Of a DNA stretch of 57,671 nucleotides, positions 8,758 to 17,951 are shown piece by piece (position 1 is the stretch's first letter; each line of letters opens with the position of its first letter). The stretch comes from an uncultured Rikenella sp. (lineage in GTDB: Bacteria; Bacteroidota; Bacteroidia; Bacteroidales; Rikenellaceae). The DNA is taken from assembly GCF_910579375.1 (NCBI RefSeq), contig NZ_CAJTUJ010000001.1, forward strand, positions 1 through 57,671, written 5' to 3'. A model generated the notes under the pieces. The model was not told the DNA's origin. It was given only the letters and a program-made list of their open reading frames with translations, and did not search any database. The position numbers and the translations under genes were made by a program.

Positions 8758-9828
8758 TCAGTAATGGCATTCAGGATTGATTTTATATTCTTTCCCCTCT
8801 TTTATCACCATCCGCTTGTTGCCGAGGAAGGTGGCTACCTTGACCGCCTTGTTATGACCAAGTTTTACACCCTGCAATCCGTACTCCTCTTTCAACCGTT
8901 CCAAATAATCACCATAATTATTGATAGTGCCATTCGCAAAAGTGGCATCCAATGCTGCGCGATGTACATTCTCCGGAATTTCTTTGTACGGATCAAACGG
9001 TTCTTTGGTCGGGCGTCCTATCTTCTTTTCTCTGGGCAGATAAGGTTCTACCAGTTCAGGCAAACCCTCTTCGTTTATGCGGAAAGCGAACGGTTCAAAC
9101 TCACGGTCGCGGATATGCATGGCTTCGACTACGCTTATGGTCTTGTCCTCTTTATCCACTTCGACTTGCATGATGGTTTCCGCCTTATTATTGAGTTCCG
9201 TGCCGATGTGACCACGGGCATGTTCATCATTCTTGTTCTGATGCAGGACAGTATGGATGTGTATCTGTCTGTCATCCGTCCACTGCATTAATTTGGAGAT
9301 TATATCGGTAGATTCACTGGGAGAATTGATATCATACAGGAAATCACGGATGCCATCTATGACCACCAGTCCTAAATTAGGAATTGTGCCGATAGCCTGT
9401 TCAACTATAGCTAATCGCATATCGGGAGAGTATTTGCGCAAAGCCAGCATAACCAGATTGTCTGGCTCTTTATTTTCCGGTAAGTCCGCCAAACGTAAAA
9501 TGCGCTTTAATACGTTCTGACAATGATACCGCCCTTGTTCCGTGTCAACGTATAACACCTTCCGTTTATCTTTGGGGAATGTAGACCGATAATGAAGAAT
9601 GGTGCTGCCCCTCAATGCCGATGCGACAATAGCTGAGACATTGAACGTTTTCTTACTTTTAGCCTTACCTATGGAAGCACTGAAATTGCCTAATGTGCCT
9701 ATAACTGCATCGTCCACCATCAGTACCACAGGCGACTGTTCGTATGCACTTGTCACGCTCACTATTGACTCCTCCACGTAAACTGCCAACTCCTCACGTG
9801 AAGGAGTCGTATTATCCGCCTTCTCCAT
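8758..9828 (-). CDS. AAA_25-like P-loop ATPase (helicase-like)
   Basis: Walker A GKAKSKKT, LYVDTEQ, Walker B VVIDGIRD, VLHQNK...RGH.G. Confidence 0.85.
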   Translation of the reverse strand: MEKADNTTPSREELAVYVEESIVSVTSAYEQSPVVLMVDDAVIGTLGNFSASIGKAKSKKTFNVSAIVASALRGSTILHYRSTFPKDKRKVLYVDTEQGRYHCQNVLKRILRLADLPENKEPDNLVMLALRKYSPDMRLAIVEQAIGTIPNLGLVVIDGIRDFLYDINSPSESTDIISKLMQWTDDRQIHIHTVLHQNKNDEHARGHIGTELNNKAETIMQVEVDKEDKTISVVEAMHIRDREFEPFAFRINEEGLPELVEPYLPREKKIGRPTKEPFDPYKEIPENVHRAALDATFANGTINNYGDYLERLKEEYGLQGVKLGHNKAVKVATFLGNKRMVIKEGKEYKINPECHY

Positions 9829-9830
9829 CG

Positions 9831-10205
9831 TTACCAGTTTTTAGAGTTCGGTTTACGACGATGGGATGCAAGCATGGACTCGTTTTCTTCCTCAAAACTT
9901 TGCGGTGCTGGATTTCTTCGGGAGGATTCCAGCCATCTGTCCAGCTCATCACGATAGATATAGAGATGCTTTCCTTGTTTGATAACCGGAATATCGTCCT
10001 TTTTGACCTTGTAATAGAAGGTCGATAACGGCATTTTGAGATAGGCGCAAGCCTCCTGTACGGTCATGGGGACGTGCGTATTCTCTTTTGCTTCATGCTG
10101 CTTGGAAAGTTGTTCCGTCAGCAGATTTTCCATGCTTGCAATCCGGTTGCACAGTTCGCCTACCACTGCCGGCAGGTCATTGAATGTCAGGTCTTCTTGT
10201 TTCAT
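9831..10205 (-). CDS. xis: Excisionase-like HTH protein
   Basis: LTFNDLP.VV N-terminus; MTVQEACAYL....STFY....IP..KQGK.LY HTH_17 pattern. Confidence 0.8.
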   Translation of the reverse strand: MKQEDLTFNDLPAVVGELCNRIASMENLLTEQLSKQHEAKENTHVPMTVQEACAYLKMPLSTFYYKVKKDDIPVIKQGKHLYIYRDELDRWLESSRRNPAPQSFEEENESMLASHRRKPNSKNW

Positions 10206-10304
10206 ATTAAAAGTGTTTTAATCGTTTAACATGCTGCGAACCAACTCAATGAAACCTTACAGAACAATACAGACCGGATTAATTATTTCATCTGCATACG
10301 TTTT

Positions 10305-11078
10305 TTATTTTGAGTTACTATTATCTGTTTCTAAATGGAAGCGATAGTCGCCTTTATCGGGTACGTCAATAGGTATTTGGCTTGAAACATTATCGCGCAA
10401 ATTAAGTTTTAGATATTCAATGGTTGCATTTGTGAGTTCATGAGGAAATGAAGCTTTTATAAAAGCTGCTCTTTGAAGTAGAGATATTCCCAAACGTTCA
10501 CCGATGTTCCATGCTAAATGGCGTAGTCCTGGAGATTTCAAGGGATTATCTATATTTGAGCGAATGGGCTTGTATAAGTCATATCTACCACAAACCATAT
10601 ATTCTATATTGGAAATGAGGATTGAAATAGCTTCTTTAGACAGATAGGGAGCGGTTTTAATAGTTACATATTCACGAATAGCATTCATGACTTCTACTTG
10701 TCTTTCTGCTTCTTTCTTTTTAATGTTCTCCAGCAGTGTATCATAATTATCTATAACTGAATCATTTGGCTGCTCAATGGTTTGAGCTTCATTTGCACAA
10801 TTGTCTTTTATCTCGAAATCAGAGTCAAAAACAAGCGGAGATTGCCAACCAAAAGAAAAATCGATAGGATTCTTCGTCAGCCATTTATAGAAAGATCGTT
10901 GTAACAGGCCGCATAATAGAATTGTTACTACAAGTCCGAGTATTAGCGGAGTTGTTACCTTCATGATATTGATCCCGTGACAGGTAAAAAGATAAGTGTC
11001 TGTCGCTGTATAGATGATTACCGACAGCGCAAGAACAAAGCTTATTCTTTGAGTACGAATTTGAGTCCTATTTGTCAT
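10305..11078 (-). CDS. TnpC-like protein of Tn4555-type elements (2 N-terminal TM helices)
   Basis: Lies between int and xis; LRHLAWNIGERL...A.FIK..FP. Start moved to ATG 11078 because a -7 box sits at 11109-11116. Confidence 0.6.
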   Translation of the reverse strand: MTNRTQIRTQRISFVLALSVIIYTATDTYLFTCHGINIMKVTTPLILGLVVTILLCGLLQRSFYKWLTKNPIDFSFGWQSPLVFDSDFEIKDNCANEAQTIEQPNDSVIDNYDTLLENIKKKEAERQVEVMNAIREYVTIKTAPYLSKEAISILISNIEYMVCGRYDLYKPIRSNIDNPLKSPGLRHLAWNIGERLGISLLQRAAFIKASFPHELTNATIEYLKLNLRDNVSSQIPIDVPDKGDYRFHLETDNSNSK

Positions 11079-11108
11079 ATACTGTAAATGTTTGGAATGA
11101 TTATACCG

Positions 11109-11116
11109 CAAAGTTA
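11109..11116 (-). promoter_or_regulatory. -7 promoter box for the tnpC-like gene
   Basis: Minus strand taactttg = TAnnTTTG. Confidence 0.6.
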
Positions 11117-11170
11117 TGTGCCGTATTCCAAATGCTTATAATTGGTGATGACAAACCGCCCAATATTGGT

Positions 11171-11222
11171 AAAAAATAACGGGTATAGTATGATTTCGGG
11201 CTAAAAGTCATACTATACTCGT
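11171..11222 (-). terminator. Intrinsic terminator after int
   Basis: 17-bp stem, 15/17 (11179-11222), followed on the minus strand by tatttttt. Confidence 0.7.
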
Positions 11223-11245
11223 ACAAATGGAGGCTAAAATCGTTA

Positions 11246-12361
11246 TCAATCTTTCCTTGTCAGGGTAATTTTCTTGCTGGCTTCACGTTTGTTGGCATCG
11301 ACCACCTTGATATACCTTTGCGTGGTGGTGATACTCTTGTGCGCCATGATGCTCTGTATGGTGCGGATGTCCGTTCCTGCCGCAGCTTGCAGCGTGGCGA
11401 ATGTTCTCCGATACGAGTGGAAAGTTATGTTCTTGGTAATTCCGGCAGAACGAATCCACTCTTTCATGGGGGCTTGTGTCCAACTGCGCATAAGCCCTTT
11501 GAATACCAAACCTTTCTTCTCGGAACTGTAATCTATCAATCCTAATGCTTCTTCGCTGATGGGAATGATGTCTTCCGCTTTGTTCTTTTGTGTAATGATG
11601 TGTACGCATTTCCCTCCGGCTGAATAGTCTACAATATCTTCCCAACATAAGGCAAGAATATCACTGATACGTAAACTGGTCATACATGAAAACAGCGATG
11701 CTATTTTCAGAATGGGCTTCTTGCACGGTGTTTCAGCCAGTTTATACAGTTCTTCTACTGACAGATACTCTTTGACCACATCTTCCGTTTCAATCTTATC
11801 CAAAAAATCATTGACATTGGTCTTTATCATTCCATTACGGTAGAGAATTTTCAGGAATCCCCTGAAAGTAGACCAATATCCTGATGCGGAGTTCCGTGTG
11901 ATAGGGCCGTTACGTCTCAGTTTCTTGGCCGTGAGCAGATATTCCCGAAACTTGTTGCATAGGTCGATATCAATCTCCTCAAAGGTGCATTTGCCATGTA
12001 CGAAGTTTCTGAAATGGAGATAGACGAACTCCCATTTCTGGTCATGTTTACGGAGCTGTTTGCGATAATACTCCAAGAAATCGGCTTTGAGTTTGTACCT
12101 GTCGAAGAAATCATACCGTTCATTCACCACAGATTCAAACCTACGGCAACGTATGGCTTCGGCTTTCTCGGTCATTACCTCGTTGAAGTTCTGTTCACGC
12201 TTGTTTCTCGGATTGGCATATACGTAAATACCAAGCGACTCATGGCGGATAACTTTCATTGTCTCTTTGTCTCGATACCCCGGATAATAATCCAAGTAGA
12301 AAGACAGCATCCTGTTCTTTAAAGGACGTGTCCTTAATGTTACGGTTTTACACTCATGCAT
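11246..12361 (-). CDS. int: Site-specific tyrosine integrase of the element
   Basis: N-terminal SFYLDYYP arm-binding region, TSLRISD (R), ITFHSYRRTFAT, MAH, TTQRY (Y). Confidence 0.93.
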   Translation of the reverse strand: MHECKTVTLRTRPLKNRMLSFYLDYYPGYRDKETMKVIRHESLGIYVYANPRNKREQNFNEVMTEKAEAIRCRRFESVVNERYDFFDRYKLKADFLEYYRKQLRKHDQKWEFVYLHFRNFVHGKCTFEEIDIDLCNKFREYLLTAKKLRRNGPITRNSASGYWSTFRGFLKILYRNGMIKTNVNDFLDKIETEDVVKEYLSVEELYKLAETPCKKPILKIASLFSCMTSLRISDILALCWEDIVDYSAGGKCVHIITQKNKAEDIIPISEEALGLIDYSSEKKGLVFKGLMRSWTQAPMKEWIRSAGITKNITFHSYRRTFATLQAAAGTDIRTIQSIMAHKSITTTQRYIKVVDANKREASKKITLTRKD

Positions 12362-12476
12362 ACTGATATATTTTTATGGTTATTGTTAATTCGCTGGCAA
12401 AACTCTGTAATGTAACCATGCAGAAAGCCTTCAGTAGAGATTAATTTTGGAATAATTTACGGAAGCCTATAATTGG

Positions 12477-13355
12477 TTACTTACGGACACCCATTACCTT
12501 GTCAAACTCCACTTTCAGGAACCTGACGAACCGTCCGTTCTTCTCACGATTGATCTGATGGAATTGAAGAATACCGTACACCGAATCACGAGAGAGTTTG
12601 AATTTCTCCATCGCCTCCTTGACAGTGTAGTATTCCGCCTTGCTCTCCTGCTCGGAACTCTTCGAGAGGTCGAAGTGGAGCTTTGAGTAGAATATCTGCC
12701 CATGCTCCTTCTTGGATGGAATGTTGTTCCGATACACCTGCGAACGGATGGCGACACGTGTCATGCCGTACTTTTCCTGAATTTCTTCGGGCGTGTACCA
12801 TTCGGTCAGGTCGGAATCCACCTCGTATTTGGCAAAAGCAGCATCGATATGTTTCTTGCTGTAATAGTTGAACTGGCGGATGCGCACTTTCGGGACTTTG
12901 TGCTGCCGTGTATAAGTCCACACCCATTTGGCGTTGACCTTATATTTTTCGGCAATCTCTTCGGCAGTGTAATACTCGGTGATGTCAAAGTCCTCTTTAG
13001 GCATGATGCGCTCATAAGGTTTGGTTTTCATCATCAGTTCGATGTCCGCACGGCGGATGAGTGACTTCTTGCCGCTGATGCGTGAAGCCCGAAGTTTCGA
13101 TTCCTTTACCAATTTATATATGTATTGCCGAGTTACGCCCATCAGTTTTGCTGCTTGGGCAAAAGAGAAGAAATCCTGCCCCTCGGCGGCTTGTCGAGGC
13201 TGCAATAATTCTTGCGACCGTTTCAACTGTCGCTTACGTTCCCGGATGCGCTCCTTGTAGCCAAGATTGGAACACTGGTGGCTACAATAACAGGTCGTTG
13301 TTTTTTGAGCTATGAATGGTTTTCCACACCATTGACATATCTTTCTTACTTCCAT
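12477..13355 (-). CDS. TnpA-like DNA-targeting protein (C4 Zn finger + four tandem Xis/MerR-type wHTH domains)
   Basis: CQWC...CSHQC, then repeats beginning DFFSFAQA, EYYTAEEI, EWYTPEEI and EYYTVKEA. First gene before int, as in Tn4555. Confidence 0.75.
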   Translation of the reverse strand: MEVRKICQWCGKPFIAQKTTTCYCSHQCSNLGYKERIRERKRQLKRSQELLQPRQAAEGQDFFSFAQAAKLMGVTRQYIYKLVKESKLRASRISGKKSLIRRADIELMMKTKPYERIMPKEDFDITEYYTAEEIAEKYKVNAKWVWTYTRQHKVPKVRIRQFNYYSKKHIDAAFAKYEVDSDLTEWYTPEEIQEKYGMTRVAIRSQVYRNNIPSKKEHGQIFYSKLHFDLSKSSEQESKAEYYTVKEAMEKFKLSRDSVYGILQFHQINREKNGRFVRFLKVEFDKVMGVRK

Positions 13356-13402
13356 ATTTTCCTCCTTTACATTGGGGATAATTTCGCCTTATTTCTCCCG
13401 AT

Positions 13403-13442
13403 TTTTGTCAACACATGTAAACCATTGTCAACACACGTCAAC
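13403..13442. repeat. Four tandem 10-bp units (gtcaac/gtaaac core)
   Basis: ttttgtcaac acatgtaaac cattgtcaac acacgtcaac. Confidence 0.8.
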
Positions 13443-13556
13443 TAATGCGTCACTGTGACATTCGGGCTAACCGTGAATTTCTGTCGCGGTAGAAATATGA
13501 TAGAAAAATATGGATAAAAACCGTTACTACCAAATAAGGATTAGAAAGTGTTAAAA

Positions 13557-13585
13557 TAGAAAAGTCGCTGAAATACAGCGACTTT
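13557..13585 (-). terminator. Element-borne terminator downstream of mnmE
   Basis: Perfect 10-bp stem aaagtcgctg-N5-cagcgacttt, T-rich after the stem on the minus strand. Confidence 0.75.
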
Positions 13586-13626
13586 ATTCTAAATGGTTAT
13601 AATTGGTTATGGCAGTTTCTAAGCCA

Positions 13627-15000
13627 TCACTTGCCGATGCAGAACTTACTGAAGATATTGCCGAGAATATCATCCGTCGTGATTTCGCCGGTGATTTCGC
13701 CCAAGTGGTGAAGTACCTGGCGGATCTCCTCGCTAACCAAATCTGCCGGCAGTCCGTTTTTCAAAGCCGTTACGGCACGTGCCAGAGCATCGTCTGCCCG
13801 AAGTAGCGCGTCATAATGACGGACGTTTGTCACGATGAGCGTGTCGGCTTCGCCGCGATGAGCGAATTTTTCCGCAAGCACTTGTTTCAGCTCTTCGATA
13901 CCCACTCCCGTCCGGGCCGACAGACTGAGCACCCGGGCCGAGCCTGTTAGATCGTGCGCCAAGTCCGCGGTATCCCAAATGTCGTTTTTGTTCAGCAAAA
14001 CGATCAGCTGCTGCTCCGGCGACAGCCCCAGTTCTGCTATCTGTCTCCGGACTTCGGCGGCTGAAAACGGTTCGGCAATCAGCAACAGCACCACCTGAGC
14101 CCGAGCCATGCGCTCTTTGGTCCGTTCGATGCCCAGCGCTTCGATCCGGTCGTCCGTGTGGCGCAGTCCCGCCGTGTCGATGAATCGGAACCGAATCCCC
14201 TCCAGCACGATCGACTCCTCAATGAAATCCCGCGTCGTGCCAGCCACCTCCGAAACGATCGCCCGCTCTTCGCCGATCAACCGGTTCAGAAGAGTCGATT
14301 TGCCGGCGTTGGGAGCTCCTACGATGGCTACCGGAACACCGTTTTTCAGGATGTTGCCCGTGCGGAACGAATCCGCCAGTGTACGGCACCGTCCCTGAAT
14401 GTCGGCGAGCAGCTGTTGCAACTCTTTCCGGTCGGCAAACTCCACATCCTCCTCCGAAAAATCCAATTCCAATTCCAGTAACGATGTAATATGCAGCAGC
14501 TTGTCCCGCAGCCCGGCCAACTCGACCGCATATCCGCCCCGCATCTGGTTCAGGGCGATCCGATGCGCCGCGCCGCTTTCCGAAGCGATCAGGTCGGCCA
14601 CCGCTTCGGCTTGCGAGAGGTCGAGTTTGCCGTTCAAAAACGCCCGTCGCGTGAACTCTCCCGCTGCGGCCGGCGTGGCGCCCCGTCGGACGAGAAGTCC
14701 TAAAATCTCTTGTACGATGTACGTGGAACCGTGGCACGAGATTTCGACCATCTCTTCGCCCGTGTAGGAGTGCGGAGCCCGAAAAACGGTGACGATCGCC
14801 TCGTCCAATAGCCGTTTGCCGTCTGCGATGGTGCCTAAATGAGCCGTGTAGCCCTTTGCCGAGGCTAGCGGTTTGGAGAAGATGCTTTCGGCGATCGAAA
14901 GCGCTTCGGGGCCGCTAAGGCGGATCAGAGCGATCGCTCCGCCCGAACCGGAGGCCGGAGCGGCGATGGTCGTCGCGGATGAGAGAGTCGGTTTTTGCAT
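13627..15000 (-). CDS. mnmE: tRNA modification GTPase MnmE
   Basis: APHSYTGE, GAPNAGKS, GTTRD, DTAG, C-terminal FSKFCIGK. Confidence 0.98.
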   Translation of the reverse strand: MQKPTLSSATTIAAPASGSGGAIALIRLSGPEALSIAESIFSKPLASAKGYTAHLGTIADGKRLLDEAIVTVFRAPHSYTGEEMVEISCHGSTYIVQEILGLLVRRGATPAAAGEFTRRAFLNGKLDLSQAEAVADLIASESGAAHRIALNQMRGGYAVELAGLRDKLLHITSLLELELDFSEEDVEFADRKELQQLLADIQGRCRTLADSFRTGNILKNGVPVAIVGAPNAGKSTLLNRLIGEERAIVSEVAGTTRDFIEESIVLEGIRFRFIDTAGLRHTDDRIEALGIERTKERMARAQVVLLLIAEPFSAAEVRRQIAELGLSPEQQLIVLLNKNDIWDTADLAHDLTGSARVLSLSARTGVGIEELKQVLAEKFAHRGEADTLIVTNVRHYDALLRADDALARAVTALKNGLPADLVSEEIRQVLHHLGEITGEITTDDILGNIFSKFCIGK

Positions 15001-15070
15001 GGCGAGCCGTGGTATTTCGGTACAAATATCTTAAATTAGCCGATGTGAAAATAATAAACTGCTTGAGAAG

Positions 15071-16219
15071 ATGAATAATTTTACGTTTTGCAACCCGACG
15101 AAGCTGATTTTCGGGAAAGGGACGATCGCTCGCATCGCTCGGGAGATTCCGACCGGAGCGAAAATCATGATGACTTACGGCGGCGGGAGTATCCGTCGAA
15201 ACGGCGTGTACGATCAGGTGACGGCGGCTCTCAAGGGACGCGGAGTGGTTGAGTTCGGTGGAATCGAACCCAATCCGCAGTACGAGACATTGGTAAAGGC
15301 TGTCGAACTGGCGCGTGCCGAGGGGGTGGATTTTCTGCTGGCGGTCGGCGGCGGGTCGGTGATCGACGGGACGAAATTCATTGCCACCGCATTGAAGTAC
15401 GAGGGTGATCCGTGGGATTTTCTGCTCGACCCGTCGAAAGCGGTCGATGCGGTGCCGCTGGCGACGGTGCTGACCCTGCCGGCCACCGGGTCGGAGATGA
15501 ACAATGGCGCCGTCGTGTCCCGCAAGGAGCTGAACGAGAAGCTGGCTTTTCATAACCCGAAGTGCTACCCGCTCTTCTCGGTGCTCGATCCGGAGGTCTG
15601 CTACTCGTTGCCGCAGCGGCAGATCGTCAATGGGATCGTCGACTCGTTCGCCCATACGCTGGAGCAGTATCTGACGTTCGATACGCAGGCGATGGTGATG
15701 GACCGTTGGGCCGAGGGGCTGTTGCAGACCTTGGTCGAACTCGGGCCGAAGCTGGTAGAACGGCATGATCGATACGATGAGGTGGCCAATTTTATGCTGA
15801 CGGCGACCATGGCGCTCAACGGGTTTATCGCCATGGGCGTGCCGCAGGATTGGGCCACGCATATGATCGGACACGAGCTGACGGCTCTCCACGGCTTGGA
15901 TCACGGGGTGACGCTGGCGATCGTCTATCCGGGGATGATGCGGGTGATGCGGCGCGAGAAGTTCGACAAACTGGTGCAGTATGCCGAGCGGGTGTGGGGC
16001 GCGACGGGGACGCCGGAGGAGAAGGCGGAGGCGGCGATCGTGAAGACCGATGAGTTTTTCCGGGCGCTGGGGATGAAGACCCGGCTGTCGGAGCACGGAA
16101 TCGGACAGGAGACGATCGATTTCATCGTGGAACGTTTCCGGAAGCGGGGCTGGAACTTAGGGGAGACCGGCAAGGTCACGCCGGAACGGGTGGCCGAGAT
16201 TCTCCGGGAACGGTTGTAG
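15071..16219 (+). CDS. Iron-containing alcohol dehydrogenase (YqhD/Bdh family)
   Basis: YGGGSI, AVGGGSVID, TLPATGSE, WATHMIGHELTA..GLDH. Confidence 0.93.
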   Translation: MNNFTFCNPTKLIFGKGTIARIAREIPTGAKIMMTYGGGSIRRNGVYDQVTAALKGRGVVEFGGIEPNPQYETLVKAVELARAEGVDFLLAVGGGSVIDGTKFIATALKYEGDPWDFLLDPSKAVDAVPLATVLTLPATGSEMNNGAVVSRKELNEKLAFHNPKCYPLFSVLDPEVCYSLPQRQIVNGIVDSFAHTLEQYLTFDTQAMVMDRWAEGLLQTLVELGPKLVERHDRYDEVANFMLTATMALNGFIAMGVPQDWATHMIGHELTALHGLDHGVTLAIVYPGMMRVMRREKFDKLVQYAERVWGATGTPEEKAEAAIVKTDEFFRALGMKTRLSEHGIGQETIDFIVERFRKRGWNLGETGKVTPERVAEILRERL

Positions 16220-16230
16220 ACTTGGAGGAG

Positions 16231-16581
16231 ATGGGAAATATCTTCGATAAGCGGGGCATCGTGCCTCCGGGATCGGCACAGGAGCAGGGGAGAGAGGTGT
16301 TCGATACGCTTCTTTCCGTGGCTGCGACGGCCGGACAGCGGGTGAGGCTCGAACGGATCATGTCGTTCGGTGAGGAGCACGGTGAGTGGTATGATCAGGG
16401 GTGGGACGAGTGGGTGATGGTGGTTCGGGGCGAGGCTGCGCTGGAGTGGGGCGACGGCTCGGTGACGGAGCTGGAGACGGGGGATTATCTGCTGATCGAA
16501 GCACATCGCAGGCACCGGGTGCTCAGAACGTCGTTCGACTGTGTCTGGCTGGCTTTGCATTTGGGAGGGGAAGGGGAGTAG
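16231..16581 (+). CDS. Cupin-domain protein
   Basis: RLERI.S.G, WYDQ..DEWV....GEA, GDYL.I.AH.RHRV. Confidence 0.8.
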   Translation: MGNIFDKRGIVPPGSAQEQGREVFDTLLSVAATAGQRVRLERIMSFGEEHGEWYDQGWDEWVMVVRGEAALEWGDGSVTELETGDYLLIEAHRRHRVLRTSFDCVWLALHLGGEGE

Positions 16582-16588
16582 TAAACGA

Positions 16589-16619
16589 AAAAAGCGACCT
16601 GTTTTTCAGGTCGCTTTTT
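16589..16619. terminator. Bidirectional terminator
   Basis: aaaaagcgacctg-ttttt-caggtcgcttttt between convergent genes. Confidence 0.88.
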
Positions 16620-16645
16620 GTATATTGCCAATTCAGGGTATAAGG

Positions 16646-17116
16646 TTAAATCGAGATATCCAACACCTCTAATTTCAGAATGCCCGACGGCACCTGCACC
16701 TCGATCACATCCCCGCGTTTCTTGCCCAGCAAAGCCTGTGCGATCGGCGTGCCGATGGAGAGTTTCCCCTCTTTCAAATTCGCCTCGTTTTCCGAAACGA
16801 GCGTGTATTCCACCGTCTTCCCGAGGTTGATGTTCTTGATCGTCACCCGGTTGAGCATCTGAATCGTGTTGGTGTTGAGTTTCGATTCGTCGATAATACG
16901 CGCCCCTGCGATCGTCGCCTCCAACTTGGCGATCCGCATTTCGAGCATCCCCTGCGCCTCCTTGGCCGCGTCGTACTCTGCATTTTCCGACAGGTCGCCC
17001 TTGTCCCTCGCCTCGGCAATCTGGGCCGAAATCACCGGCCGTTCGGCTTTCAGCACGTCCAGCTCGGCGCGCAGTTTCCGCAATCCCGCTTCCGTTATGT
17101 AATTCACTTTTGCCAT
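16646..17116 (-). CDS. greA: Transcription elongation factor GreA
   Basis: ARDKGDLSENAEY. ATG at 17116. Confidence 0.97.
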   Translation of the reverse strand: MAKVNYITEAGLRKLRAELDVLKAERPVISAQIAEARDKGDLSENAEYDAAKEAQGMLEMRIAKLEATIAGARIIDESKLNTNTIQMLNRVTIKNINLGKTVEYTLVSENEANLKEGKLSIGTPIAQALLGKKRGDVIEVQVPSGILKLEVLDISI

Positions 17117-17138
17117 AATGCTACTTTTTATATGCGAC

Positions 17139-17209
17139 AAAAAAATAAACCCCCGAAACCCTAAATAGGTGCCGGGAATCCATTCGTGTCTGATAACACA
17201 GCAAAGGTA
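17139..17209 (-). promoter_or_regulatory. greA promoter (-7 box 17202-17209) and leader terminator-like hairpin (17139-17178)
   Basis: Minus strand tacctttg, then ttcccggcaccta-tt-tagggtttcggggg followed by tttattttttt before the ATG. Confidence 0.6.
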
Positions 17210-17321
17210 GGGATTATTTCCGGAAAAACCAAACTCGACCGGCGGGGGCGATTATTCTGCTGCGACGGCTTGGTTATCCGACGGCGAATGGCTATTTTTG
17301 TTCGGATAATCCGACCGGATC

Positions 17322-17939
17322 GTGAACAGCGATACTTATCTGACCATCGCGGCCCCTACCGAGGGGCTCTACAAGGACAAAGGCAGCCGTTTTCTGGCCT
17401 TTGCCTATCCGGTTTTCTCCGAGTCCGATATCAAACCGCTGGTCGATGCGCTGAAGACGGAGTATTACGATGCCCGACACCATTGTTATGCGTGGCAGTT
17501 GGGGATCGAGGCTTCGGAGGGCGGTGTGCGGTTTCGGGCTAACGACGACGGCGAACCGGCCGGGAGTGCGGGGCGGCCGATACTGGGGCAGCTGCTTTCG
17601 CGGGGGGTGACGAATGTGCTGGTCGTGGTGGTGCGGTATTTCGGCGGAATCAAACTGGGCGTTCCGGGGCTGATTGCGGCTTACAAGGGGGCGACGGCCG
17701 ATGCGTTGGCGGCAGCCGAGGTGGTGGAGCGGACGGAAAATCGGGAGGTCGTCGTGGAGTTTCCTTATCTGGCGATGAACGAGGTGATGCGGGTGGTCAA
17801 GGAGATGGCGCCGGAGGTGCTGGGGCAGGATTTCGACCTCGCTTGTCGGATGCGGCTCTCCATTCGGTTGCGGGATGCCGGATCGCTGGTGGATCGGATG
17901 GCGGGAATTGAAGGGGTAAATGTCTCATTATCATCATAG
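17322..17939 (+). CDS. yigZ: YigZ/IMPACT family protein
   Basis: KGSRF, ARHHCYA, DDGEP.G.AG, RYFGGIKLG. GTG start, -7 box at 17293-17300. Confidence 0.92.
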   Translation: MNSDTYLTIAAPTEGLYKDKGSRFLAFAYPVFSESDIKPLVDALKTEYYDARHHCYAWQLGIEASEGGVRFRANDDGEPAGSAGRPILGQLLSRGVTNVLVVVVRYFGGIKLGVPGLIAAYKGATADALAAAEVVERTENREVVVEFPYLAMNEVMRVVKEMAPEVLGQDFDLACRMRLSIRLRDAGSLVDRMAGIEGVNVSLSS

Positions 17940-17951
17940 CGCGCAAAAATT

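Larger units (their letters stand above)
1..13626 (-). mobile_element. Tn4555-like integrative mobilizable element inserted at the 3' end of mnmE (left end outside window)
   Basis: Visibly AT-richer than the flanking core. Gene order tnpA-like/int/tnpC-like/xis/AAA/mobC/relaxase plus RM cargo. Ends right at the mnmE stop codon (13627). The second att copy is not in the window. Confidence 0.88.

Noticed and set aside
13403..13442. Possible mini-CRISPR at the element end
   Set aside because: Units are contiguous 10-mers with no spacers, and no cas genes are present. No CRISPR array was seen anywhere in the window.
11195..13470. ttcgggctaa at 11195 and at 13461
   Set aside because: Only 10 bp with no flanking similarity, compatible with chance.
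13679..13701. Tandem gtgatttcgcc repeat near the insertion site
   Set aside because: Encodes the ordinary MnmE GEIT-GEIT motif.
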